Source: Mytilus trossulus
Taxonomy: Eukaryota
Length of the DNA: 64,000 nucleotides
Direction: 5' to 3'
NCBI RefSeq assembly: GCF_036588685.1
Contig: NC_086377.1
Span: forward strand, 61,876,001-61,940,000
Below the pieces are notes generated by a model. It saw nothing but the letters and a program-made list of their open reading frames with translations, was not told the DNA's origin and did not search any database. Below, in pieces: positions 39,722-53,060 of the stretch (position 1 is the stretch's first letter; the number at the start of each line of letters is the position of its first letter). Both the position numbers and the translations under genes were made by a program.

Positions 39722-42700
39722 CCCGACAAGCTAACATTACCATTGTCTATCAACAGTTCACAATATTTATTGAAAGAAACGATTAATTCACATTAACTTC
39801 AAATAACAATACGTATATAACAATAAGTGTTGTGCTTCCAAGAAATGAACTAAAATTGTGCCTGCTCCTAAAGGATATGCAGATCATGCTTCATATATGG
39901 CAACCGTCATGTTGATCATTTATGAACAAATTTGATAAGAAGTTTCATTCCTAAATGTAACGTTCAAGGCAAACAGGATGATCAAAACATGCAATACTCT
40001 AAGGAACATATTACTGGTTATCTGTGAAATAAATATTACTGAATTGTAACCAACACGAAATTGGTTCGTAGCAGCTCAGATTGTCATATTATTTTCGATC
40101 TATAAGTTTGACGGTCCCTTTGGTATCTTTTGTCCCTCTTTTCGAAAGGATAACTATAACTACATCACGTGGAACCCATGGGTTTATAGCTTGCTTCTTA
40201 TTATCAAGTAGATCCTATTTGTCGTCAGGGGTCTAGAAACATGATAATTGTTTGGTGATCTTACCACGACAGAAGACACGCTGGACTGTGTGTGATGTAT
40301 AAATTCGTCCGGTCAGAAAGACAACGTTACGTGACAAGATGCCGATGCTTTATTATAATATGAACCCTTGTAACAATTCTGTGAGAGGAAAGGCGTTGGT
40401 CAGTTACAAGGCCTAAATTCTGTTCCTTTTCCATATACCAACATTTTCAATTTGCATTCCAACTTTCCAGACACCATCCCGGTATAACCCCTATTCCAGG
40501 ACCTAACTATTGTATAGATTTACTTTTAATTGGTCTCATCCTGATAATGCATGACACATTTGCCCTAGACCTTAGTCAAACATCAATAGTATCACAGAAA
40601 TTATGTGAGGACATAAAAGCTCTGGAATATTGTATCAAATGGAGCTATACAAGCTATACACAAGAGCTGCTAAGATATTTTTCAAAGACATGAAAAGTTA
40701 GGTAGACGCCATCATCTCTTTTATGTCAAGTGTTTGTTTGAAATCGGCCATCATGGTCAATTTCTAGATGTATAAGTCAAGTTGAGTGACAAACTTAACT
40801 ATACAGTGGTATCCTTTCAAGTTCGATACGATAGATCGATACATTCGACGGAGTCACCATCATTGAACTATTTAGCGAGAGGACATCATCTACATATCGG
40901 ACTGTTAATATAATTTGAATGTTCCGAAGGAAATGTTACTCGTATGAATAATGAAATAGTCTACGAGCATAAACCCAGTTAATTTCCATATAATGCCGAT
41001 TCCTTGTCGAAAAGTTGTCACCCAAACTTACAGATATGTAGTCAATAAAAATTACCAATCATCTTGAAAAAAGCAGCTTCAGAGAATTTCTGTATGAATA
41101 TAAAGAGATTTTTTTTTTACATTATGTTGATAAATTGTTCATTACTAAATGTTCTGTGACAAACTCATGTGTGTTTAGGACGATGACCATGAGTAACGTT
41201 AGGATGTGCAAGGTTCTGGTCTGCAAGGAAGGCGGACGGAAAATGTTGGACTGTCATTGGAAAATAAGGGCATGTTACGTACGGACTCCTTCTTTAACGT
41301 GCAATCAGCAACACTCGTTTACACAAAGCACCGGATTACATAGATATAAGAAGATGAAGTATGACTGCCAATGAGACAACTCTCCATCCAAGTCACAATT
41401 TGTAAAAGTAAACCATAATAGGTCAAAGTACGGTCTTCAACAAGGGCCCCAAAAATAAGTAGTGGAAAACCGTTTAAACGGGAAAACCAACGGTCTAATA
41501 TTTTAAAAATAACCACACCAACAAATGATAACCACTGAACATCGAGTTCCTGTCCTAATTCCGAAGAGGCACGACTACCTATATTTATGTATCCCAAACA
41601 ACCAAAATGGAAGCCGCAACAGCGCAAGGATTTTACTACTGGAACCATTAGTACCAAAGAGGACAATATATCTAAATCCCAGTTAACCCTTGGGGTCTAT
41701 CACCAAGTACAATTTATTCCTCCATGAAACCAGATATCAGTATATACGTTAAACTTTGCTTTTTTTTTTATAAAGCAAAATTGGACAAATAATTTTGATT
41801 TAAAATTTTAAATATAAGTATAAAATCTTTATAGGATTACAAGAGGAAAAAAGTCTATGGAATATTTTGTATCCACATCTGATTCGTTATACATCTCTTA
41901 CATGTTATCAAACGAATGTTTATATCCGCATATACAAAATGGTTCAGTAGGGATTTATTCAGGATTTAATTATTCTAGTAAATATCTCTGATAAATATCT
42001 TTCGAAAAATAGTAAAATATCCATTATGCATTTTTTTTTTTAAATAATATTAAAAAGGATCAATACAAAAAATGTAGATTCCTTGTCTAAACATGTTTAC
42101 TATAGAATACGTTATGATATTATAAAATGTATTTTAGAATACAATTTATATGTTTTACATCGCCTTTCGTAGCAGCTTATTAGCTAAGTAGACATATTTT
42201 CTTTTAGTCTATTCATGCAATGCATGGTGCAAAAATAAATAAAAGAAAGAGAAAAACTGTATGGAATATACATTTATATTATTTACTATTTAAACACCCG
42301 TCTGCATTTGTGAATATATAAAAAGAACTTTACATTGTTTAGATTATATGTCGATTTTCTAAATTTGTAGATAAACGACTATATATCAAGTCAGAGTTCA
42401 AATTATCATATAATAGTTTAACACGTCCCATTAAGTTAATTGATCAGGAACGCCACGATCTTATTGTGATGAAAGTTTTATAATAAAGTACTATTGGCGT
42501 CCTTTGATCATTTATCAGAAAATGCGCCCTACTACGAAACATTTGTTCTTGCGGATGTGAAAATATCTGCCAGATTTTATTTACATTAGAGTTAGGGCAA
42601 TGAGGTCATATAACCTCTTTGGTTATTTCACTTCCATGGTTAGGGTAAAAAAAAAACCTGAATAATTAAAAGTCAGGCGTTGATAAAATAAATAATAATA

Positions 42701-45700
42701 ATCTTTATTGTCATATGTATTTCAACAAATCAAACGTGTTTGTGACAAACAGAAAAAAAACCGTAACATATACACATACATATAATATACCAGTATATAT
42801 GTATATATATACATGTATCTATTGTTGCAAGTATATACATGTAATATAGTGAAAACCCTAAATACAAATTACAGCATATTAATAAACCACAAAACTTTAA
42901 ACCATGCATCGGTAAATCAAGCCCTGTCCTCAGTTTACAAACGAGCCTAAAATATGCTGATTTTTTTTATTTATTGATCATGATGAGTATGTTTTTGTCT
43001 GTTAGTGTAACACATAAAGTCAGTATTTTGAAAATCATTTGCAGAGAAGTTATCATTTCTTACATGTTTATTTATTTCGCAATAAAAGAAGGAGTGAAAT
43101 TCACTATCTGTAACTTTAAAAAGGCAAAAAATTTTAAAAATAGTTTAAACATGGAAAGCAGCTAATTTCCTTTAAATTTTTTTCTACTAAGACCATACAT
43201 GTAGTGTCAAATGTGTACTTTTAGATTTACACATATATTTGTTTTACATATTTTCGGACACGTGATTATCTTATTACTGTATTATAAAAATTTGTTCAGA
43301 TGCATGGCACACGACTTCAATTTTACAGATACATGTACATGTATTTGCAAGTTTTTAGTATTTATTATTAAACGATCTGTTGGACACTCATAAGCAATTT
43401 AAATCGCAGGGGAGTTTTAAACTCCATATTGGATTATAATTGATAAACTCAAGTTACGACCTTTGTATACAGACCTTTATATTTAAAAAAAACTTATGGA
43501 AATTTTGATCTCAGATTTTAATAGATACATAAACCATGGAAGTATAAATATTAATTACATCCCTAGACCGCGCATTTGGAAAGGTTCAGAGTTTGAATTT
43601 GGAAAGGTTCAGAGTTTAAATTTGGAAAGGTTCAGAGTTTGAATCTGAAAAGTATTCTTGATATCCATTCGTTAGGCTAACATTAAAAGAACAAAGCATG
43701 AGATTATGGACCATGTATATTTTTCCTTCCAATAAAATAGACTTGTGGTTAATTTTCACTGATGTTTTATATGTTGTACAATTGTATCGTGCATTGTTAT
43801 GTAAATCATATGTGCTTTATCCAATGGATAATTTGGATTTTTGCAAGTACGAAATTTCGACACGTTACATGAAGTATAAAAAATACAGGGAAATTAACCG
43901 TACCTCTATAAAATTCCATATACTTAAGTTTTGCTTTATCTAAATCTTGAACTCTGCTTTAATACACAAGGCCAATGTATACCAAATTGTATATGCCACA
44001 TCTGTCTATATCATAGAAACTGTGATTGGTAAACAAACATAGCTGTAATAGTTACACAAAAGATTCCATTGAACCACATTTGCATCTTTCTTTCTATGAT
44101 ACTAAAAGATGAAATATACATGTACATACAAAGACACATAATAACGATTTCTCGGTTTTTACAGATTGGATTGCGGTGCGATTGCCCATATATTACGACA
44201 TTTCATAGATCCGTCACTCATTTTGTTTGAAAATGATAAACCACTTAAAAAAAGGGACTAGTCAGCAAATATTTTGACTGTTACTTTTAAAAAAGTTAAA
44301 CACTTTACAAATATGATATTCCATAAGGGGACCGTTCCCCTGCCCCTCCCCACTTCCTCATCTTCTCACAGTTGTAATCGAAATTTCGCTTCATTGGAGT
44401 CGGTGTTGACAAAGTCGTCTGCCGGTGAACATTAAAAACAAACCTGAATGATACAATGGCATACATACTTGTATTAACTATATTATTCAAGATCTCCGAA
44501 ATTAAAATGATTTATTCAATATTTTTGGCAAAAAAATACAGTATATCTGTTCTTATAAACAAACTAAAATAAAATCATTTTACCCGTAAACGAAAAGAAT
44601 CGTATGAACAATTAGTTGCTTGCTGGTTTTAGTGACACTTTCATTACGCTTGGTTTTCCATGACAATCAAGATTAATTTGTAGAGAAAGCCAGAGAAAAC
44701 CACTGGCCTTCAACAAGAAAACAAGTAACGTGTGTCTATTTTTAAAGATCTAAGCTGAACACACTTTGCCGAAGAAAGAACCACAGTCACAGCCTCAGTT
44801 TTGACACGCTTGTGGCCATTGCAGGTACTAGATTATCGTTTCGGGGCCTTTTATAGCTGACTATGCTGTATGGGCTTTGCTCATTGTTGAAGGCCGAACG
44901 TCGATCTATAGTTGTTAATTTCTGTGTCATTTTGGACTCTAGTGGAGAGTTGTCTCATTTACAATCATAACCACATCTTTTTGTATATACGTTGACACCT
45001 CGGTGATAAAGTTCCCTTCACATATCGACAGATCCAGTTTTCTTATGACAAATGAATATTCTATGTCATATTCATTGAAATGGATATGGTTTGTTGAATT
45101 GGTTCGTTCTGTATCTGTATCTGTAATAATTGTCACTGCACGATGAAATGATCTATTAACCGTTCATAGGAATTGCAAAAGTGTTCTCTTTCAACTTCTC
45201 TTTCTGTGTACTGTTAAAGGGGATGACCATGTTATTGTTGCAGAGGGGCAGTAGACGATTTCGGGTGGAGAATATCAATTTTCCCCTTTTGCGATGCCGG
45301 CTTTTTCTTTTTTTTTTTTTTTTTATCTAAAATGGTCTTTTTCCAGAGACATGTATAACAAGACCAGAATATTCAGGTGTTATAATCTCCCTCAAAGAAA
45401 ATCAAATGTTCGTTCTCATATAAACAAAGAAAATCTTTATTATTTTAATAGATATAGGAAGATGTGGTGTGAGTGCCAATGAGACAACTCTCCATCCAAA
45501 TAACACATATTTATAGAGAAAATTGATTAAGATTTTTAGATAGCTGCGTAACATCAACAAACAGTTCACTCTAATTTTAATGCGAACGGTTTTAGAAGAT
45601 TTACAATGTATGTAGACCGATACACTGAGTTGGCATTTTAAAATAATGACTTCATTTATAGTGCGAAAAAGAACACAATTTGCTTGATATTATTACAAGA

Positions 45701-46611
45701 CTTTGTCTTTGCTCTTTGATCAAACCCACAACATCTAAGCCTGTACATAGGACAATTACAAACTCTTTACCGTGAAACTACCGATGTGGTACAATTGTAA
45801 TACAAGAAAAAATTCTAGAGTTAAATAGAACTTAATTCAAAAGCAACATGCAACTGTTGTATAGGATAATTCAAGCATATTGTGTTTGCCATTTTACCTG
45901 TGTGGAAGTTCTTGTAAAAAAAAATTCTTTTGAAGAAGACCTACGACATACGATGATTTTGAGCTTGTCATCATGACTTGTACAAAATGAATATTACCTT
46001 TAAGTTCGGTCTCAATGTCAAAATATCAATGTCGGATTATTCATATTAATGTTACCTTTCCGAATATAGTTCTTTGATTCGACCTTTTTGATTTGATGTT
46101 AAATGAGTCGGTGTATTTTTTTGTCAATCGTACATGACTTTGTGCTAATATGCATGATATTGGTTCTCTAGAAAAAGTTCTCGGTTTCGAACTTTATGTA
46201 CGTGTGACATTAAATAAAAAACAAAGATAGATTTCAGTATTAAAATAAGATAGTTTTCATACAATAACAATTTGAACTAATTTTAGCCAGATTATGAAAT
46301 TCTGTGATATATGACAAATCTGGGTGTAGAGAATATACGGAGAAATGCATAACGTCAAAATGTAATAATGGGATGGAAATTGTGTTTTCGTCATCAGTTG
46401 TTATAAACTGACTACTAAAACTTTCAAATAGTTCTGCAAGATTGCCTAGTTTTCATTTATGAAACAAAACATTCACAGCTCAACTTTCTCATATGATTAA
46501 AAAAAAAGGGGGGGGGGGCTCCGGATCCGCATGCTAAAGTTCATCATTATTCCTGAAACACATTTCGAGATAGTTTTTTTTTCTTCGCTTTATGAGAGAA
46601 GTAAGCGGTCT

Positions 46612-46649
<38 letters not shown>

Positions 46650-49600
46650 GTCCGTCTGAACCAGTGACAACTCTACAACAGATTTATCCATCGGATCATC
46701 CATCAGCAGTGATGGTGATACATGGCTGTGTACATTCTGTATATACAACTCGTCTAAACATCAACCCAACAATGTAAGATCTGTAAATTTGATATAGGCT
46801 TCGAGATTTAGTTCTAAATATTTAAAAACACCAAAAAGGTACGGTTAACTGTCGAAGCAGTTAACATTTCAGTACTATAAGGCTAGGTTATAGTACTAGG
46901 ATGAACCTAGCACTGCTTTCGTGTTTAGATAATATTTAGGGGCCAGCTGAAGGACGGCTCCGGGTGCGGGAATTTTTCACTTCATTGAAGACCTGTTGGT
47001 GATCTCTGTTGTTTTCTTTTTCTTCTATGGTCGGGTTGTTGTCTCTTGGACACATTCCCCATTTCCATTCTCAATTTTATTAGAGTATAACGCAAATCTA
47101 GGCAATGCTCGGGAATGTGTAAATAGTACTAAATACGCAATCACGCATGGTGAAGTCAGAAGTCAGATCAGTGAAATTATTCTGATTCCACTTCTAAATA
47201 GATTGAACATAGCGCATTTTCACGCTTTAGAACCGTTTTATCAAAAGTATGTGACTTTTCAGATTGAGGCTTTTTAAAGCAGAAACTTTTATCCAACATA
47301 TCTTCTTTTTATGAACACTCCAAATATTATAACGTAAACACATTTTATGTTACAAGTATGATTACAAGCATTTTAATCACGAACATTGATTCAGATAATA
47401 TTTATAGTAAGAACAATTAGAAACAAGCACTTGACGTATGTTTTATGTCAGATAAGTTTTGAGCAGTCATTGTCCTAAATCCGACATCAGCGATTGTTCC
47501 AACACTGTCCAAGATATATAAGCGGATTGTTGATATGTTTAAACCGGTTCTTGGACGTTCCTGTCCAAAGTCAATATCAAGTCCTTGGGTTTTCTTGTTT
47601 TCGTTTAGTTTATTATTTACGTATATTCTGACCGTGCTTTTTCAATTTCGCTTAGTTGTTATTGTTTTATATTTAATTACTTGTAATTGATGGCTTAATT
47701 TCAATACAGTGTATGAGATTAGCTCATTGGTGACGGTCATGCGATGAACCCATATCTGTTGGTCTCTGGTGGATTTATGTATAATCCTAATACTTATACA
47801 AATTGTGAGAAAATAAAAATTTGTAGAAGACTATATAATGTAAATTATCTATTTAAACGTTTAATAGTTTGGATAAATGTTTTACATTGTTATAAATAAA
47901 AATAAGAGATTTTGAATTAAATCGGTGAACATGAATTTGACAGCTAGTGCCCCTTTAACATAGTCATCATGTCAACATAACCATTGCACTATGATTTTCC
48001 TATAATCATTGTCATACTTGTTTTAATATCATGGACAGAGTGTCACATACACTTGTATAAGGGAATCTGTTTGCAACTACAGTAAATGAATTATCAGATA
48101 CGAAATAAATAGTGTAAGATATCAAAAATAAAAAAAACGGAATTTTGAAAAAAAAGACCGATTTTCTACATTTCTACATTTCGTAGTGGTTGTGTAGGAT
48201 TTTTATAGTGTCCCTCATGAAATAGTGTCCACTGGACATTATTTCATAGTAAATACTGTCCATGGACACGATTTCCTATGCAAAATATGCCCTCAGGTAT
48301 GAAAAAGTGTCCATGGACGTGGACATTATCTAATTCTATAATTCTGTCCAGGGGGATATTTTATCTCAGGATAATGTGTCCACACAGACAATTTTTTATA
48401 TGATAAAGTATTAAATGATATTTATCGCCTTGTAAACTATACGTATTGTAACCTACATGTATAATTGCGAACTTGAATACATTGTTACTTTGAAAAAGAG
48501 TTGTTTCATTAGTACACATGTATACCATCCTTATCTTCTTATTTATATTTTTTTGATAAGTACATGTATAATGATTTAAGTTCAAAATACTTTTCAGTAT
48601 TATTTTCCAAGGACATACTAGACATATTTTAATAACACTAACTACTTATAAATATTGTCCTGTAGTTGGACCATATTTCATACCTGTAGCTATTATTGTT
48701 AACTGCTGTCCACTTACAGAACAACATTTTATTACAATGAACATTATTTATACCAAAATTCTATATTTTATTTTGTCTTCTTCTCATTATAAGTATAGTA
48801 CAGTTGCTCAAATTTGATTTTTATACTTTACAAACTTTCTTCTTTCATTGTCATTAGCATTAACTGGGTATTTCAAAGAAATTAATGTCTCTATATTCGT
48901 TTCCAACCATAATATGTTTGTTAACATTTGTATATTAATCAGTCATGCGAGTTTCTCTTCAATTGTTCAGATTTTATTAAAATTCAAGTATATTAAAACT
49001 TTTTAATGACCTTTGTATTACTTCCCTTGGAGGACACAATTTAATAGCAGATTCTATGAAAGTTGTCCTGTGGTTAACGCTATTTCATGGTTTTTGCAGT
49101 AAAAATATGTCCACTTAAGCGACAATATTTCATGGCAATTAATGGACATTATTAAATACCAAAATTCAATGAAAAACTGTCCAGGTGGACACATTTTCAC
49201 AGGACACTATTAAGTCTTGCACTTGCTTCATATTTTTATTTTTCTTCGGCTTCTTAATTCAAAGATTGGCCAGACTCTTTCAATTGTTTTGTTTACATAA
49301 ACAGATACTAGATATATGATCTGTTTAGGAAAATAGCCATGTCCTTTTTCTATTTTTTTTTAACCTTGATTGTATATTACAAATTCGTTTATGTGCTGGC
49401 ATTGTTGTGGTAGTAAATAGAAAGATATAAACGGTAAATTAACCAATCAGCATGTATCTAATATTTAAGAATAACCAAATACAACGTTGTTGTAAATGCA
49501 GCGCAGTTAGTTCCCCTGGATGCATCTTTTGCAATCAAAGGGAGGTAAACTCTACGAACATAAGGATACAATTTTGGATTCATACTAAGCAAAACTAGAT

Positions 49601-50745
49601 GTATGCTGAACAATTACAACATATGCTTATTTATTGCAAAATTTAAAAACACTGACTATAATGATAATGCAAAGGAATATAAATAATGCCGAATAATATA
49701 CGAATGATTAAACCGTTTAATAGCATAATACACCATATTTGATGTTTATAAAAATAAGGAGATGTGGCATATTTGCCGATGAGACAACTAAGTTTACTTA
49801 ATATTGAATTCTGTGTCCACACTAGTAGAAAATAAATTAAATTTCATTTCAAAATGCTCAATATATATATATATATATGTATATCCACCAAAATTCAGAT
49901 GAAGTGGATTTAAGTTATAGGCAACCGTACAGAACGTTTTCAACGATGAGAAAAACCCTATACCGTATAGTCGGCTACAATAAGCCCCGACATAAAAACT
50001 ATGAAACAATTAAATTGAGAAAACTAAAAGCCATATTTCTTAATAACCCCAACATTGTTAAATTATGTACGAGGAAAATTAGAATTTGCAATGTAACTTG
50101 AAGAAGTTATATAATAATGGAAAGGGGAGTAAAGAATTAGTAGTAACTTTGACCCCAAAACATAGTCTTTTTTAATAAATGATTTATAAGCCGATATATC
50201 CAACCTATAAGATTAAATAACTGTTGTCTCAAATGTCTGCACAAAAGTAATGTATAGTAACTTTCCTCGGTATCCGATAATTCAGTGAACACATGCAAAG
50301 AAGAAAAAAGAAATAGAATAACTTGAATATAAAATAAATGCTATATTGTGCTAATTTGCTTTAAACCACTCCTAACTATATGTATACTATAAAAATAACT
50401 CTCATTAAAGATGGGGTCAAATGTAATTTAACTAGACTTTAAATTGCAAAAAAAAACATAACAGATTAAATTCTCATAAATTAGAAGTAGAAAATATTTT
50501 AAATTCTCATTATTCGTTATTCAATTCCAACTAAAAAACTTTTTATAAATTCTGATAAACTTGAAATATATTGTATTGTAAATTTACTTCAATGTGAATT
50601 AATTTTCAAATCGAAGCAATTCAGTAATTTCTGACAAACTTGTAGTATAATTTGCCTTAAATTTCAAGTATATTTCTAAACTTAAGTAGAAAGAAATTTA
50701 TTGAAAAATTAAATGTTAGTAAACGCATGCGTTCATGCAGTGATA

Positions 50746-52495
50746 GAAAGGTAAGGAGGGTAAGACACCAGGTACTAACTGAAATTAGTAGGTAGATTAT
50801 CAATAGATTATAGAGAGGTTAGGAAGGTTAGACACCAGGTACTAACTGAAATAATTAGGTAGATTATCAATAGGTAATAGAGAGGTTAGGAAGGTTAGAC
50901 ACCAGGTACTAACTGAAATAATTAGGTGGATTATCAATAGGTTATAGAGAGGTTAGGAAGGTTAGACACCAGGTACTAACTGAAATAATTAGGTGGATTA
51001 TCAATAGGTTATAGAGAGGTTAGGAAGGTTAGACACCAGGTACTAACTGAAACAATAAAGTAGATTATCAGTAGATTATAGAGAGGTTAGGAAGGTTAGA
51101 CACCAGGTACTAACTGAACCAATTATGTGGATTATCAATAGGTTATAGATAGGGTTAGGAAGGTAAGACACCAGGTACTAACTGAAATAATTAGGTGGAT
51201 TATCAATAGGTTATAGAGATGTTAGGGAGGTAAGACACCAGGTACTAACTGAAATAATTAGGTGAATTATCAATAGGTTATAGAGAGGTTAGGAAGGTTA
51301 GACACCAGGTACTAACTGAAACAATAAAGTAGATTATCAGTAGATTATAGAGAGGTTAGGAAGGTTAGACACCAGGTACTAACTGAAATAATTAGGTGAA
51401 TTATCAATAGGTTATAGAGAGGTTAGGAAGGTTAGACACCAGGTACTAACTGAACCAATTATGTGGATTATCAATAGATTATAGAGAGGTTAGGAAGGTA
51501 AGACACCAGGTACTAACTGAAATAATTAGGTGGATTATCAATAGGTTATAGAGAGGTTAGGAAGGTTAGACACCAGGTACTAACTGATATAATTAGGTGG
51601 ATTATCAATAGATTATAGAGAGGTTAGGAAGGTTAGACACCAGGTACTAACTGAAATAATTAGGTAGATTATCAATACATTATAGAGAGGTTAGGAAGGT
51701 TATACACCAGGTACTAACTGAAATAATTAGGTAGATTATCAATAGATTATAGAGAGGTTAGGTAGGTTAGACACCAGGTACTAACTGAAATAATTAGGTG
51801 GATTATCAATAGGTTATAGAGAGGTTAGGAAGGTTAGACACCAGGTACTAACTGAAACAATAAAGTAGATTATCAGTAGATTATAGAGAGGTTAGGAAGG
51901 TTAGACACCAGGTACTAACTGAAATAATTAGGTAGATTATCAATAGATTATAGAGAGGTTAGGAAGGTTAGACACCAGGTACTAACTGAAATAATTAGGT
52001 AGATTATCAGTAGATTATAGAGAGGTTAGGAAGGTTAGACACCAGGTACTAACTGAACCAATTATGTGGATTATCAATAGATTATAGAGAGGTTAGGAAG
52101 GTTAGACACCAGGTACTAACTGAAATAATTAGGTAGATTATCAGTAGATTATAGAGAGGTTAGGAAGGTTAGACACCAGGTACTAACTGAAATAATTAGG
52201 TAGATTATCAATAGATTATAGAGAGGTTAGGAAGGTTAGACACCAGGTACTAACTGAAATAATTAGGTAGATTATCAGTAGATTATAGAGAGGTTAGGAA
52301 GGTTAGACACCAGGTACTAACTGAACCAATTATGTGGATTATCAATAGATTATAGAGAGGCTAGGAAGGTAAGACACAACTACTAACTGAAACAATTTAG
52401 TATATTATTAATAGATGTAAAGAGGTTAAGAAACGTTAAACACCAGCTAATACGGAAACAATTAAGCGGATCATGAATAGATTATTGAGAGGTTA
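50746..52495. repeat. 67-bp satellite, right part (~26 units)
   Basis: GACACCAGG recurs at 50764, 50831, 50898 and onward; the array degenerates after ~52370. Confidence 0.97.
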
Positions 52496-52629
52496 AAATT
52501 AATAAACATTGAATCTATTATCAAGGAATTATGAGAATATTTCTTCTACGGTTTTAAAAAAAATATTTTCATAAATTTAAGGATATAACATATTTTAGTT
52601 ATTGATATTTCAAGCTCTAGCTTACTTAC

Positions 52630-52678
52630 AGTTCTGATTTTGTAAGTAATGAGGCCGGCATAAGGCACTGGAAACTTT
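52630..52678 (-). CDS. Possible exon 5 (short; MAM similarity ends after ESFQCL)
   Basis: tttcag acceptor after a 60-bp intron, in phase: ESFQCLMPASLLTKSE, then a gtaagt donor or read-through to TAA. Confidence 0.45.
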
Positions 52679-52738
52679 CTGAAACACATACTATTTGTTT
52701 TGATTTTCAACAGAAAAAGAACTTAAAGAAAAAGCTAC

Positions 52739-52874
52739 CTGGTAAGAAGATATCTTCTGTTGTAAGTATGGCTCTATCACCCTTAACCCTACCGGGTTCA
52801 GAGGCTTCTGTGTATATGTAGTAATCTCCCTCGGCTGCACCTGCCGGTCCTGTATCAGAACTTCCCGTTTTTCC
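52739..52874 (-). CDS. Coding exon 4: MAM domain continued
   Basis: tttaag|...|gtagct, phase 0-1: GKTGSSDTGPAGAAEGDYYIYTEASEPGRVKGDRAILTTEDIFLP, matching the MAM TGP...YxYxEAS...GDxAxL motif. Confidence 0.9.
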
Positions 52875-52904
52875 CTTAAAGATAAATAAGCTGTTTTTGA
52901 CAAA

Positions 52905-53060
52905 CTTTTGAGGAATGTTGGTCCTCCATGCTCTTCAACTTGGTACTTTACTTGGACTTTTAACTTTTTTGGATTCGAACGTCACTGCTGAGTCTTTTGT
53001 AGACGAAAGGTGCGTCTGGCGGATGTACAAAAGTTAGTACTGGTATCTATGATGAGTTCA
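52905..53060 (+). mobile_element. Retrozyme/Penelope-associated repeat with a degenerate type I hammerhead ribozyme (~52980-53022)
   Basis: CTGCTGA-GTC-ttttgta-GAC-GAAA; core mutated from CTGATGA. Confidence 0.65.

Larger units (their letters stand above)
30245..50742 (-). mobile_element. Giant non-autonomous CACTA/EnSpm-like DNA transposon, copy 2 (20.5 kb), inverted relative to copy 1
   Basis: Starts CACTGCATGAA (30245) and ends TTCATGCAGTG (50742). TSD ATA (30242-30244, 50743-50745). Interrupts a 67-bp satellite unit that rejoins cleanly across the insertion. Confidence 0.9.

Noticed and set aside
393-50742. Giant palindrome as a long-read fold-back or assembly artefact
   Set aside because: The arms have different TSDs, copy-specific insertions and deletions, many substitutions and a unique spacer.
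50746-52495. CRISPR-like array
   Set aside because: Units are contiguous 67-bp repeats with no unique spacers, the context is eukaryotic, and there are no cas genes.
52691-52903. 70-aa ORF MSKTAYLSL... in the track
   Set aside because: Wrong frame; the real exon (52739-52874) reads as a MAM domain in another frame.
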